A stretch of 43,983 nucleotides of DNA. Source: a virus (taxonomy: Duplodnaviria > Caudoviricetes). The position numbers and the translations under genes were made by a program. The DNA is taken from positions 1 to 43,983 of the IMG/VR virus record IMGVR_UViG_3300017707_001045; one strand, written 5' to 3'. How positions within the stretch are numbered: position 1 is the stretch's first letter; each line of letters opens with the position of its first letter. The notes below the pieces were generated by a model, which saw only the letters and a list, made by a program, of their open reading frames with translations, made no database searches and was not told the DNA's origin. Positions 1-9,356 of the stretch are shown here, piece by piece.

Positions 1-123
1 AACAGTCCTGCCTTTTACTTTAAGGATCTGATCACTGGGGATGGAACCTTAGACAGTCGCTATGATCAATTCCTAGAGGCTAGGAAGTTCCAAAAGAAGC
101 TCCAGGATTATGAGACTGGTAAG
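1..123. repeat. Exact 123-bp terminal overlap (copy 1); genome is circular or circularly permuted
   Basis: 1-123 is identical to 43861-43983 (aacagtcctg...gagactggtaag) and an ORF reads through the join. Confidence 0.97.
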
Positions 124-2694
124 GATGCAGTTCTTCCTGGATCTAAGGAACGAGCCAATCTACAGGTTGCCAGCGATCTTAGCGTGTTGGTTGATCCTAC
201 CCTGATGCTTGGACCCGCCAAGGCTCTGGCTATGACTGGCAAGCTAGGGGCGGGAGCACTTAAAGCGGCTGAAGCTATTGGAAAGGTCGAAAACCTAGCC
301 GGAAAAATAGTTTCAAATGGCGTTGCTGCCGGGGCTGATGCTGTATCTGCCGCAGGTAAGGCTGTATCAGGCGGTATGGAGGCCGTAGGGCGTAAGGTTG
401 GTGAAACTTTAGCAGAGATTAAGGGTGTTGGTTCTCCTGCTGTAGGTGCCGCTGCTGGGCTAGGTGCAACCCAGATTCCAGGGGTTGGAACTGCTGCCGG
501 TGTCTATGCTGGGGCTAAGGTCGCTCAGATAGGCGGAGAATTAGCCGGGGAAGCCGCTAGGGCCGCTTTTGAGGCCCCCTCACGTCTATCCACCCTAGAA
601 CGACTTGCGGCCTCTCCTACGCTATCCCTAGGAGCAAGAAACGTGGCTTCTGCGATGCTACCACTAGACCCATTGCTTCAATTGGGTGGTGCTATGGCCA
701 GGGGAGGCGCTGAGGGTGCTGTTGTAGGGGGTGCTTTAGGCTATTATGGCTCTGGAACGGCTGAAGGTGCCGGGCAGGGTGCTGGGGCTGGATTTGGACT
801 AGGAGCAGCCGGTGGGGTGGTTGGTAAGGGTATTGAGCGCCTAGCGGGTGTAGGACGTAAGGAAGCTATAGGTCCAGAGGTAGCTAAAGAGATCAATGCC
901 ATGCCTGAGGCTCAAAGGCCAATGGCAGCTAAAGCCTTCCAGAGGTTCATGGATGGGGGCAACTATGAAGCGGCTGCTGAGCTTATCGACGTTAAACGAT
1001 GGCTAGGCAAGGCGGTTGACTTCCAGTTTGTGGACAATGCCACAGCCAAAGCGACATTTGAGGCTCAGTTTCCTGGTCAAAAGTATGTATTCAGCCAAGG
1101 TTTCGCAGGTGTAAATGATGCCGGTAAGCCTGCCGTATTCATCAATGCCGACAATGTTAAGCCTGGGACCGGGTATCATGAGGCTTTACATGGGGCTGTC
1201 AGGACCGCTATAGGCCGGGAGTTTGGTGGTCGGATGGCTGAATACCTTCAGAACACATTAAACCCCACCCAGCTTAGCGGGTTCATCTCTGATTACCTAG
1301 GCAGAGCTAACCCTAAAGATCGAAAGTCCCTATTAGCTGGCATGGATATGAAGACTCCTGAGGGGCTTAAAGTTACCCTTGAGGAGATCAGCGCAGACCA
1401 GTTTAGCCAATTCCTTCAACGGTCTGAATTTCGTGATTACCTCATGAGAGGTGGCAGGGACTGGGGTGGCATTTTCCTAGGATTTGCTAAGGATACCATT
1501 GGAAAGCTATCTGATTCCGTAGGGTTAACGGATTTCGGTGCTCAACGAGGGTTTGAGCGCATCGCCAAGGAGTTGATTAAGGCTCAACGCATCATTGCCA
1601 GGGAAGAAATGGTTAGCGGGAAAGTCCCTATTCCGCTGGATCTGACAGGCAAGAGCCCTAAGGAGTTGGAGGCATGGGCCGGTAAGCATGGTCAAACGGA
1701 TGTTCTGATAAGGGATCAGAACGGAAATACGGTTGGGGTTAAAGATCCTGTTAAGGCTGAGGCTGACCGGGTGGTCAAGAATGAGCGTATCTACAAGACT
1801 ATTGAAGAGCACGCTAAGAAGGCCGGGGCATCCACCAAGGGTGGCATTAAGCTAAACCGTAGAATGCTTGAGAAGTATAAGGATGCAATCCCCACACAAG
1901 ACTACGTCAAGGCATCCGCTTTGATGGATGCAATGGAGTCAGGAAGCGTGGTTCAGTGGAATAGCTATTTCCCAACCAACCGTAAGCTTAACAGAAGCGA
2001 GAGATCAGTTAAGGCAGATCGTGGCGAGTTTCAGGTTCTAGGCGTTCCATATGAGCTAGCTATCACAAAGAAGGGTGGGCTGATTGCTAGAATCCTAGAC
2101 TTCGACACGATCAAGAATCGAGCTGATGACTACTTAGGCCGGGAAGGCATGCTAAAGCCTTGGAATGGCGACAAGGGCGCAGCCATGGCAGACCTTGGCA
2201 AATATATCAACAACCTTGGAGATTCTCACTCTAAACCTAGCGTTGATGTCCTTGGCGATGCTCAGAAACGAGACATCCTCTATAAGATCGTAGGCGGAAA
2301 GCTTCGGATTGATCAGGCTGGTGATATTGCCAATCAGCCTTCAACTGGGATCAATACGGCAGATGAGAACCAGGCCGGAAGAGCTACCACAATCGGCAAG
2401 CCTGATCCGCTTCAAGGTAACAATACGGCACCTATCAATTCTCTTAGGTTAGACCTGATGGGTGAATTCGCTCCTACAGGCGAGAAGCTTAATTTCAACC
2501 TTGGAGCGTATGAGAAGAGCAAAGTCAACTGGCTCCCCGCTGAGACCATAGGCCAAACTGAGATTATCAAGTCTCAGGAAGGGTTTAAGATTGTTCATGG
2601 CCAAAAGTGGAGGCTCTACGATAAGTCAGAGAAGCTTGTCGGGATCTATGGGACTGAAGCTGAGGCAATCAAGAAGGCTGAGAAGCTAAAGTAA
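1..2694 (+). CDS. 3' part of a ~1025-aa internal virion/ejection protein with a zincin-like metallopeptidase domain (starts at 43477, spans the join)
   Basis: Frame 1 is open from base 1 and continues the frame of ATG 43477; Gly/Ala-rich hydrophobic N-half; HEALH (HExxH) motif with downstream EEISAD; follows two other ejection-type genes. Confidence 0.75.
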   Translation, partial: NSPAFYFKDLITGDGTLDSRYDQFLEARKFQKKLQDYETGKDAVLPGSKERANLQVASDLSVLVDPTLMLGPAKALAMTGKLGAGALKAAEAIGKVENLAGKIVSNGVAAGADAVSAAGKAVSGGMEAVGRKVGETLAEIKGVGSPAVGAAAGLGATQIPGVGTAAGVYAGAKVAQIGGELAGEAARAAFEAPSRLSTLERLAASPTLSLGARNVASAMLPLDPLLQLGGAMARGGAEGAVVGGALGYYGSGTAEGAGQGAGAGFGLGAAGGVVGKGIERLAGVGRKEAIGPEVAKEINAMPEAQRPMAAKAFQRFMDGGNYEAAAELIDVKRWLGKAVDFQFVDNATAKATFEAQFPGQKYVFSQGFAGVNDAGKPAVFINADNVKPGTGYHEALHGAVRTAIGREFGGRMAEYLQNTLNPTQLSGFISDYLGRANPKDRKSLLAGMDMKTPEGLKVTLEEISADQFSQFLQRSEFRDYLMRGGRDWGGIFLGFAKDTIGKLSDSVGLTDFGAQRGFERIAKELIKAQRIIAREEMVSGKVPIPLDLTGKSPKELEAWAGKHGQTDVLIRDQNGNTVGVKDPVKAEADRVVKNERIYKTIEEHAKKAGASTKGGIKLNRRMLEKYKDAIPTQDYVKASALMDAMESGSVVQWNSYFPTNRKLNRSERSVKADRGEFQVLGVPYELAITKKGGLIARILDFDTIKNRADDYLGREGMLKPWNGDKGAAMADLGKYINNLGDSHSKPSVDVLGDAQKRDILYKIVGGKLRIDQAGDIANQPSTGINTADENQAGRATTIGKPDPLQGNNTAPINSLRLDLMGEFAPTGEKLNFNLGAYEKSKVNWLPAETIGQTEIIKSQEGFKIVHGQKWRLYDKSEKLVGIYGTEAEAIKKAEKLK

Positions 2695-3879
2695 ATGGCC
2701 TACCCTCCCCATCAGCATCTAGTTGAGGACATCCTAAACCTGAGCAAGGCTACCAAGCGAACGCTCAAGGACGGGGATCTTCAATTTGCAACGCTCATCC
2801 AGGCTGGCGTCTTTGCATCTGATAGAATCCCATTTGATGCTCTTTTGACTGATGGAGAGAATGTCCTTGTAGACCATAACGGGGATGTTCTGTGGGCCGA
2901 GACTGTATCGGTTGGAAGGACGCTGACGCCTCGCGCATCCGTTCCCATTCCTGTTGTTGAGCCTAATCGGCTTATCATATCCTCTGAGCTGGCTTGGCTG
3001 GAGGACATCGACAACCTGGTTTACTATCGTCTCTTCATTGAGAACATTGATGGGATTCCTTCCATCATGCTATCCACAGATAGCTACTCTGTGGAAGGTG
3101 GAGGCAGTCCTTACTCTGGGGATCTATTGATCAATGGCGGACTAGCTTACCTTCGTAACATCTCCACAGGTCTTTACAATGAGATACACGTTGAAACGGT
3201 TGGTGGTGTTGCATCGATTGTTCTCTCGAACGAAGACTATGATCTAGCTTCAGGAAGCGGCTCTTTGACTGAGGGCAATCTTATTTGGAGTGAAGGCAAA
3301 GCCTACCTCAAGAATACAACCTCTGGATATCATCATGAGATTTACGCTCAGTTGGTTGGTGGGATTCCTACTATTCTCCTGAGTGATGCAGGCTATATCT
3401 TCGGTGATGCGATCAGCGATCAATTCACAGGCTCACTTATTGTCTCAGGTGGATCTGCCTACATCACCAACATTACAACCGGTCTATATCACCGGATCTT
3501 CATTGGAGATGTAGGAGGGCTTAAAGCTATCCTAGTCGATGATACTGCTGGATTCATAGCCTCAGGAGATGGGGTTCCTACTACTGGAGATCTTCTGTGG
3601 TATGATGACGTTTGCTGGCTCAAAGATCCAGTGACATTGCTTTATCACCAGTTTTGGCTTGAGACAGTAGACTCAGAGTCTAGCTTTGTAGTTGATCAGG
3701 CTGGCACAACTGTTCCAAGTGCTCAGACTGTCAGCCCTACAAACGATCTAGTTTGGAATGATTCCAAGGCATATCTGAAGAATCATACGGATAACTTTTA
3801 CAGAGAGATTTACGCAGAAACAATCGACGGCGAACCGAGCCTAATGAATTCAGATACATCATATGCGACACTTCCTTAA
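2695..3879 (+). CDS. Virion protein with six ~52-aa beta-rich tandem repeats (possible tail hub/adaptor)
   Basis: Repeat G-x-L-hh-x(4)-AYL-x-N-x(4)-Y-x(2)-I-x(5)-G-x(3)-I-h-L-S occurs six times; abuts the previous stop codon; lies in the tail module. Confidence 0.6.
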   Translation: MAYPPHQHLVEDILNLSKATKRTLKDGDLQFATLIQAGVFASDRIPFDALLTDGENVLVDHNGDVLWAETVSVGRTLTPRASVPIPVVEPNRLIISSELAWLEDIDNLVYYRLFIENIDGIPSIMLSTDSYSVEGGGSPYSGDLLINGGLAYLRNISTGLYNEIHVETVGGVASIVLSNEDYDLASGSGSLTEGNLIWSEGKAYLKNTTSGYHHEIYAQLVGGIPTILLSDAGYIFGDAISDQFTGSLIVSGGSAYITNITTGLYHRIFIGDVGGLKAILVDDTAGFIASGDGVPTTGDLLWYDDVCWLKDPVTLLYHQFWLETVDSESSFVVDQAGTTVPSAQTVSPTNDLVWNDSKAYLKNHTDNFYREIYAETIDGEPSLMNSDTSYATLP

Positions 3880-5692
3880 ATTACTGGCGCTCTTTATTGG
3901 GCTCAACTTGCACGCTCAGACGGCCACTTATGCGCCGTTGATGATTAACAAGACAAACGCCGTTACTGCTAATAGTGCATTTTGGACAGGCAACAGTAAC
4001 AACTTGATGGGCATTGTGCTTCCCACAATCAATGCTGAGCGTGTTCTTGTAGTAAGTGCAGCTAGCGGTAATGACTCAAGCGCAGTTGGGTCAAATCCAA
4101 CGACTCCATTCCTAACACTTGGAGCAGCATTAACTAATGCTCCTTCAAATAGTCGTGTGGTTGTATTGCCTGGGACGTATGCAATGACTCCTAGCTATAA
4201 TACACCAGAAACGGCAACCCCTGCCGACTTCACTTACATTCCAGCATTGATGCTTAACAAGACGAACGTAACGATTAGCGGTAAGGGAGCAATAATTACA
4301 GGAAGCGGAACCGGCTGCATGCTTGGACTTCTAAACTGTAAAGACGTTCAGGTTGAGGGGCTGGAGTTTAACCTTACCAAAGGGATTGGTGAAGAGCTTA
4401 CCAATTCATACATTGGACCAATCACAATGTATGGGACGAATGTTGGAATTACGTTTGATAACGTAATCATCAGGAATGCAACAGACCAGGGCATTACTGG
4501 ATCACGAAAAGAATATGGTGTGACAGTGAGAAACTCTTACTTCGAAAACATTGGATCGACTAACGTTGCTTACGTGACCAACCTAGTTGGGTATCCATAC
4601 GTTGACGGAACGGCAATTAGTGGCATGGGATCTGGAACGGTGATTCAAAATTGTAGATTTGTTAATTGCTTTCGAGATGTTGAATGGGATGCGATTGGTG
4701 GCACTGAGATTCATAGTGGATTCACAATGCAAGGTTGCGTTTCATCCAATGCAATTCACGCTTCTGTTGTGATGTATGACAGCAACACAAACACGGTTAC
4801 ACTTAGAAACATTAACATTTCAGGCAATGACTTCTATGGTAACTCTAGTGAGTACGCAGTTAACTCCAGAGACTCCTCCTTGCAGATTAACGGAATTATT
4901 TCGATGAAGTGTGGTGGCTCTGCGGTTATCAGCGGCAACAACTTTTTCAATACTTACGACTACGGAATCTACCTTTCTCCATCAAGTCCGATGGAAGATT
5001 TTGCGATCACCGGAAACAACTTCTATGGATCAGCTAATGGATGGACCAACATTCACAATAATGGGATCACGATTCTAGCAAACAACATCAACGCAACGAA
5101 CCCTTTCCCTATTAGAAATATTACAATTAGTGGTAATCAATTCAGCCATCTTGGAGGTGCAGCGGTTCGACCTATTGGTGCCAATGTTCTTGTAGTTGGT
5201 AACAGCATGATCGATTGCGGAAAGAACGCTGGCGGATCTTATCTTAACTGGGTTGGTGGAGGAACGTTCGCAACCTCAACCTCCAACGTGGTATTCAGGG
5301 CCAACACCGCCATCTCTTACAATACTGCTTTCCCTTCTCACATGTTTGCGGTTTCAGATCCATCTCTTGCGGTTTACATCGACCGTTCAAACGTGGGAAT
5401 AGGCATCGACAAGTCTCTTGTGTCATGGCCCGTAACGGCAGCTTCAGCGGTTAAGGCTCAAGTGTATCTAGATGGAAAGACATTCGCAGCAACGCTTGTG
5501 GGTGGAACCGTTACAATCAGTCATCCTCTAATCCACGCAAACAGCCGAATTCAAGTGACCAGGAATGTGACAGGCGGAACGGTTGGGCATCTAAGTGTTA
5601 CCAGATCCAATGAGACTAGTTTCACTGTGAATAGTTCAAGCGGAACTGACACATCGACTTTGGCAATAACGGTATTTGAAGACACGTTCTAG
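3863..5692 (+). CDS. Right-handed parallel beta-helix (pectin-lyase-like) tailspike/depolymerase-like protein with an N-terminal signal-peptide-like segment
   Basis: Repeated ITISGNxF/NVGITFDN beta-helix rungs; GNDSS...PFLTLGAAL...VLPGTY cap; C-terminal ATLVGGTVT...SFTVNSSSGTDTS resembles tail-fibre ends; N-terminus MRHFLKLLALFIGLNLHA|Q. Confidence 0.7.
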   Translation: MRHFLKLLALFIGLNLHAQTATYAPLMINKTNAVTANSAFWTGNSNNLMGIVLPTINAERVLVVSAASGNDSSAVGSNPTTPFLTLGAALTNAPSNSRVVVLPGTYAMTPSYNTPETATPADFTYIPALMLNKTNVTISGKGAIITGSGTGCMLGLLNCKDVQVEGLEFNLTKGIGEELTNSYIGPITMYGTNVGITFDNVIIRNATDQGITGSRKEYGVTVRNSYFENIGSTNVAYVTNLVGYPYVDGTAISGMGSGTVIQNCRFVNCFRDVEWDAIGGTEIHSGFTMQGCVSSNAIHASVVMYDSNTNTVTLRNINISGNDFYGNSSEYAVNSRDSSLQINGIISMKCGGSAVISGNNFFNTYDYGIYLSPSSPMEDFAITGNNFYGSANGWTNIHNNGITILANNINATNPFPIRNITISGNQFSHLGGAAVRPIGANVLVVGNSMIDCGKNAGGSYLNWVGGGTFATSTSNVVFRANTAISYNTAFPSHMFAVSDPSLAVYIDRSNVGIGIDKSLVSWPVTAASAVKAQVYLDGKTFAATLVGGTVTISHPLIHANSRIQVTRNVTGGTVGHLSVTRSNETSFTVNSSSGTDTSTLAITVFEDTF

Positions 5693-5695
5693 CCT

Positions 5696-7516
5696 ATGCC
5701 TAAACATACAATCGAAGCAATCATCAATCCGAACGTGGCCCCTACGGCTATTGGTCAGCATTGGATCAACACGGCATCTAAGAGGCATTGGCTTGCGGCT
5801 GGTGATACTCTGGTAGGTGATTGGATTGAGCAGACTGAGGCTACAACTCTATCCGATGGAGATCGTGGAGACATCACAGTATCAGCCGATGGCGCTACCT
5901 GGACGGTGGACAATGGAGCTATAAGCCTGGCAAAGATGGCCAATGTTGCTACACAAAGGATCATTGGAAGGACTACCACAGGGACAGGCGTTCCTGAGGC
6001 TCTGACGCCAAGCCAGACCACGGCTATCCTTGACACATTTACATCTTCTCTTAAAGGTCTTGCTCCTGCATCTGGTGGAGGCACGACTAATTTCCTTAGG
6101 GCAGATGGAACCTGGGCAGCGGCTAGTGGTGGAGGGATATCTGATGGAGATAAGGGAGATATTACTGTTTCCGCATCTGGAGCCACCTGGACCATAGATA
6201 ACAGTGTTGTTACCACTGCAAAGATGGGTGGAGATGTAACGACTGCTGGTAAAGCTTTGCTTGATGATGCTGATGCTTCAGCTCAAAGGACTACCCTAGG
6301 GCTTGCTATTGGTACCAATGTTCAGGCTTTTGACGCTGAGCTTTCAGCGATTGCGGGACTAACAAGCGCAGCTAACAAGGGGATCACATTTACCGGTTCC
6401 GGAACGGCTGCCACATATGATTTATCTGCGGCAGCTTTAACTGTCTTGGATGACGCCTCCGTGTCAGCGATGGTAGACACCCTCTTCGGCGCATCCAGCT
6501 CCGGTACTGGCGGGGCGGCGAGGGTGAATGGTCCAACGTTCACGGCTCCGGTTCTTGGGGTGGCGAGTGCGACGAGTTTGACGGTGGGTGGAGCGACTTT
6601 AGGTGCAAGCGTAATTAGCCTACCAAACGGAGGGCTTATTGGGAACTCATCCGGTAACGCATACTTATATCTTGGATCTGGAGACTTGAGGCTATACAGC
6701 AACTCAGGCCAAAGTAATTTTAGACTCCAAGGGGGATCGGCAAACGCCACACTTACTCTAGGCGCTACAACGTCGCTTCGCTGGAATGATACCAACGATA
6801 CTGGTGCCGGTGCGGCGGACCTTATGTTGCTCCGCGACGCCGCGAACACCCTCGCCCAGCGTAATGGGGCGAATGCGCAGGAGTCCAGGATCTACGGAAC
6901 TTTTACGGATACGAGCAACTTTAGACGCCTAAGCCTAGGCATGACAACTGGCGGGGTTGCTACAATCGCGGCTTCAGGTCTAGGCACTGGCGTTGCTAGC
7001 AACGAGCTTGTGTTTGGAGTTAACGCTCTGACCCCTTGGAAAATCAATTCCAGCGGTCATATCCTAGCCGGAACCGACAACACCTACGACATCGGCGCGA
7101 GCGGGGCGAATAGGCCGAAGAATGTTTTTGTTGCTGGCCTTGGATCGTTCGGAAGTCACGTCTCGATAGCAAATGCATCGTCATTTTATTGGTCGACTCG
7201 TTCGGCTCTGCTTAGCCCATCGGATGGAGTTGTCGGGATTTACAACAATGCACTGACCAGCTTCGACCGCATCCAATACGGCGGAACGACCACCAGCTTC
7301 CCTGCGACCAAGCGACGAAACGCAACCCTCGAAACTCGCCTGGCCGACGATTCCGCAATTGCCGTTCACATTCACGCGATTTTCACAAAAGCCGGAGCCA
7401 TTTCCGACGCTGACTTCACGAACCCCGTTGACGGATGCGAAGGCTACGACACGACCAACAATAAGCACTACGTCAGGAACGGCGGCGTGTGGAAATCTTC
7501 AGCGGCCTACACCTAA
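5696..7516 (+). CDS. Tail fibre protein
   Basis: Gly/Thr/Ala-rich; duplicated GD[RK]GDITVSxxGATWT[VI]DN; fibre motifs [25 protein letters not shown]. Confidence 0.8.
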   Translation: MPKHTIEAIINPNVAPTAIGQHWINTASKRHWLAAGDTLVGDWIEQTEATTLSDGDRGDITVSADGATWTVDNGAISLAKMANVATQRIIGRTTTGTGVPEALTPSQTTAILDTFTSSLKGLAPASGGGTTNFLRADGTWAAASGGGISDGDKGDITVSASGATWTIDNSVVTTAKMGGDVTTAGKALLDDADASAQRTTLGLAIGTNVQAFDAELSAIAGLTSAANKGITFTGSGTAATYDLSAAALTVLDDASVSAMVDTLFGASSSGTGGAARVNGPTFTAPVLGVASATSLTVGGATLGASVISLPNGGLIGNSSGNAYLYLGSGDLRLYSNSGQSNFRLQGGSANATLTLGATTSLRWNDTNDTGAGAADLMLLRDAANTLAQRNGANAQESRIYGTFTDTSNFRRLSLGMTTGGVATIAASGLGTGVASNELVFGVNALTPWKINSSGHILAGTDNTYDIGASGANRPKNVFVAGLGSFGSHVSIANASSFYWSTRSALLSPSDGVVGIYNNALTSFDRIQYGGTTTSFPATKRRNATLETRLADDSAIAVHIHAIFTKAGAISDADFTNPVDGCEGYDTTNNKHYVRNGGVWKSSAAYT

Positions 7517-7519
7517 TTT

Positions 7520-7798
7520 ATGGCAAAACTGAATTCTACAATCTCAGCAAAACAGCTCGCTGGCTGGCAGTGGGCAACGGATGGCCACAACACGCGAGAG
7601 ACCGCACGCAGGGCAGCTCTGACTCCTCCAGAGGTCCACATCCCGCTGACCGTGGATGATTACGCGTCGTGGTTGAACGGGCTCGCCGCTGACGACTATG
7701 TGAGGCAGGCCGACGAAAAAGAGATCGAGGAGATCAGGTTGGCTTTTAAGGAAGGCAACCAGGCCAAGAGGGACGCCATCAAAAACGCAGCGAAGTGA
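7520..7798 (+). CDS. Small protein downstream of the fibre (possible fibre chaperone)
   Basis: ORF track; position immediately after the tail fibre gene. Confidence 0.5.
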   Translation: MAKLNSTISAKQLAGWQWATDGHNTRETARRAALTPPEVHIPLTVDDYASWLNGLAADDYVRQADEKEIEEIRLAFKEGNQAKRDAIKNAAK

Positions 7799-7802
7799 TT
7801 TT

Positions 7803-7967
7803 ATGACGAAGCAAGAAGCATCCTTGCAGGTAATTGAGTCGATACTGCTGAACGATAGAATCCACGGATTCACCGTTAAGGAGGTTCTGTTACTTCAGAA
7901 GGCTCTGATTGATTTGAAAGCTAAAGAATCCCCAGAGCCTTCATTACCGCAACCACAAGGCCAATAG
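7803..7967 (+). CDS. Hypothetical 54-aa protein (not in ORF track)
   Basis: ATG 7803 to TAG 7967, MTKQEASLQVIESILL...; starts 4 nt after the previous stop. Confidence 0.55.
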   Translation: MTKQEASLQVIESILLNDRIHGFTVKEVLLLQKALIDLKAKESPEPSLPQPQGQ

Positions 7968-8037
7968 CCCACACGCTATGCATAAACTGGCGAGCGGTTA
8001 GAGGCTTGTCCTGATCTTCATCCTTGAATGGGTTCAT
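7921..8037 (-). CDS. 38-aa single-pass membrane peptide (not in ORF track)
   Basis: MNPFKDEDQDKPLTARQFMHSVWAIGLVVAVMKALGIL; has its own minus-strand promoter. Confidence 0.5.
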   Translation of the reverse strand: MNPFKDEDQDKPLTARQFMHSVWAIGLVVAVMKALGIL

Positions 8038-8043
8038 AGCTCA

Positions 8044-8073
8044 ATACTATGGACCCTATTTTCTTTCTGTAAA
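8044..8073 (-). promoter_or_regulatory. Leftward sigma70-type promoter, leaderless geometry
   Basis: TTTACA-N18-TAGTAT-N6-ATG(8037) on the minus strand. Confidence 0.5.
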
Positions 8074-8127
8074 TAGACCCCCGCTAAAAATAGTTCAATA
8101 GGTATGTATCTTTTCTACAAAAAGATG

Positions 8128-8156
8128 TTGACTCCATTTCTTTCCCGATGCATTGT
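8128..8156 (+). promoter_or_regulatory. Rightward early sigma70-type promoter, leaderless geometry
   Basis: TTGACT-N17-CATTGT-N7-ATG(8164) in an AT-rich intergenic region. Confidence 0.6.
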
Positions 8157-8163
8157 CTTTCCC

Positions 8164-8313
8164 ATGATCAAAGTGGAAACCGAAAACCTAGCAGTGCCGA
8201 TTAAGGAGAAGCAGGCATTTGCCCGTTATTGCAAAGAGAACGGAATTAAGATTTACGTTGCAGCCGCTCAAGCCCTAGCTGAATGGTTGCAAAAACGAAA
8301 GGCTGGAAAGTGA
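8164..8313 (+). CDS. Ribbon-helix-helix (Arc/CopG-like) regulator, 49 aa
   Basis: MIKVETENLAVPIKEKQAFARYCKENGIKIYVAAAQALAEWL: beta-strand plus two helices with a Gly turn; first gene after the promoter. Confidence 0.6.
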   Translation: MIKVETENLAVPIKEKQAFARYCKENGIKIYVAAAQALAEWLQKRKAGK

Positions 8314-8504
8314 AAGGCCAACCCTTGCGACGGAAGACAGACAAGTGTGGGACCAAAGGAAAGCCAAAGCTGTCATTTGGTAAATCGTTCCATAAAGAAG
8401 TTCGCGAGGCTGCCGATAGAATCAATGTAGAGCGCGGAGGAGTTCCCGCTAAGAAGTGGTTCAAGATGTTTAAGGCTAACAATCATACAAGACATGAAAC
8501 CTAA
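8283..8504 (+). CDS. Hypothetical basic protein (start may be the GTG near 8310)
   Basis: ORF track; tightly packed operon. Confidence 0.5.
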   Translation: MVAKTKGWKVKGQPLRRKTDKCGTKGKPKLSFGKSFHKEVREAADRINVERGGVPAKKWFKMFKANNHTRHET

Positions 8505-8697
8505 ATCCCTAATCGTTGGAGACCGAGTGAAGATTAAGCCATATGAAGGCGATGAGTTTGAGGCAACCTTCATGGAGAGAATCCTGGTTCCTGGTGAGAC
8601 CGTCCGAGTAGGCAAATGCCGATTCCTTGGGCTCAAATCCCAGACAACCTATTGGCTCAATGATACCGAGGTTCACTATCAAGTTAACCCTGTATGA
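8494..8697 (+). CDS. Hypothetical protein (SH3/KOW-like 'VGDRVKI')
   Basis: ORF track; overlapping operon packing. Confidence 0.6.
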   Translation: MKPKSLIVGDRVKIKPYEGDEFEATFMERILVPGETVRVGKCRFLGLKSQTTYWLNDTEVHYQVNPV

Positions 8698-8807
8698 TTG
8701 CCCTACTCGTTTCCATCGTGGTTGTGCTTATCACCTTCCATGTTTTAACGGCTAAGAAGCTAACCGAGCTTCAAGACAGAATCGAATACCTAGAAGAGGA
8801 ACTATGA
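8694..8807 (+). CDS. 37-aa membrane-anchored coiled-coil peptide (not in ORF track)
   Basis: MIALLVSIVVVLITFHVLTAKKLTELQDRIEYLEEEL; ATGA overlaps at both ends. Confidence 0.6.
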   Translation: MIALLVSIVVVLITFHVLTAKKLTELQDRIEYLEEEL

Positions 8808-8983
8808 GCGTATTTCTTAAAGTCATGTGTGCCATGTATGCGTTTCATCTTGCGAAACACATGTTCAGGTTAGTTAGAAACAACTTCCCTATTGTATCGA
8901 CTACCAACATCGGGGAGACATTTGCAACCTGCATTGAATGCCTTGGATTCCTTATCTGGATCATAATTCTAATAAACAAATGA
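8804..8983 (+). CDS. 59-aa membrane protein (not in ORF track)
   Basis: MSVFLKVMCAMYAFHLAK...CLGFLIWIIILINK; ATGA overlaps at both ends. Confidence 0.55.
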   Translation: MSVFLKVMCAMYAFHLAKHMFRLVRNNFPIVSTTNIGETFATCIECLGFLIWIIILINK

Positions 8984-9123
8984 AGCTCACTATAAAGAAT
9001 TCTTGGCTCTGTTGTGTTGTGGCATGCGCCTGGTGCGGTCGATTGATGAAATTCGTTAAGAGTGACAAGGCGCAAACGAGTCATGGCATCTGCAATACAT
9101 GCAAAGCAAAACATTTCAAATGA
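8980..9123 (+). CDS. Small Zn-binding protein (CAWC...SHGICxxC)
   Basis: Cys/His motif; ATGA coupling to the previous gene. Confidence 0.6.
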   Translation: MKLTIKNSWLCCVVACAWCGRLMKFVKSDKAQTSHGICNTCKAKHFK

Positions 9124-9356
9124 ACATCCCAGTTATCAAAGCGCAGGGAGACGACGGCCCGATGTTGATATGCCTTCAAGGGTTAAGGTCTGCCGCTGTA
9201 TGTAAAAGCAGCCTAGGCGGAAACTATTACATACAACTTAGGTTTGTTGATGATGAGCCGATGAAAATGAACATAGCAAACGGCTATTCAGCAGCGGTCG
9301 AGTCATTCGATGAAATAGTTAAAGCCGTAAACATAGCGTGGAATCCAAAACCATGA
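9120..9356 (+). CDS. Hypothetical protein
   Basis: ORF track; start adjusted to the ATGA overlap. Confidence 0.6.
   Translation: MNIPVIKAQGDDGPMLICLQGLRSAAVCKSSLGGNYYIQLRFVDDEPMKMNIANGYSAAVESFDEIVKAVNIAWNPKP

Noticed and set aside
1-123. Biological direct terminal repeat
   Set aside because: It falls in the middle of a gene far from terS and is of k-mer-overlap size, so it is most likely an assembler circularisation overlap.
5755-7468. Long minus-strand ORFs opposite the fibre gene (similarly 37385-38062, 42631-43419 and others)
   Set aside because: Antisense shadows of Gly/Ala/Thr-rich genes; no motifs or expression signals.
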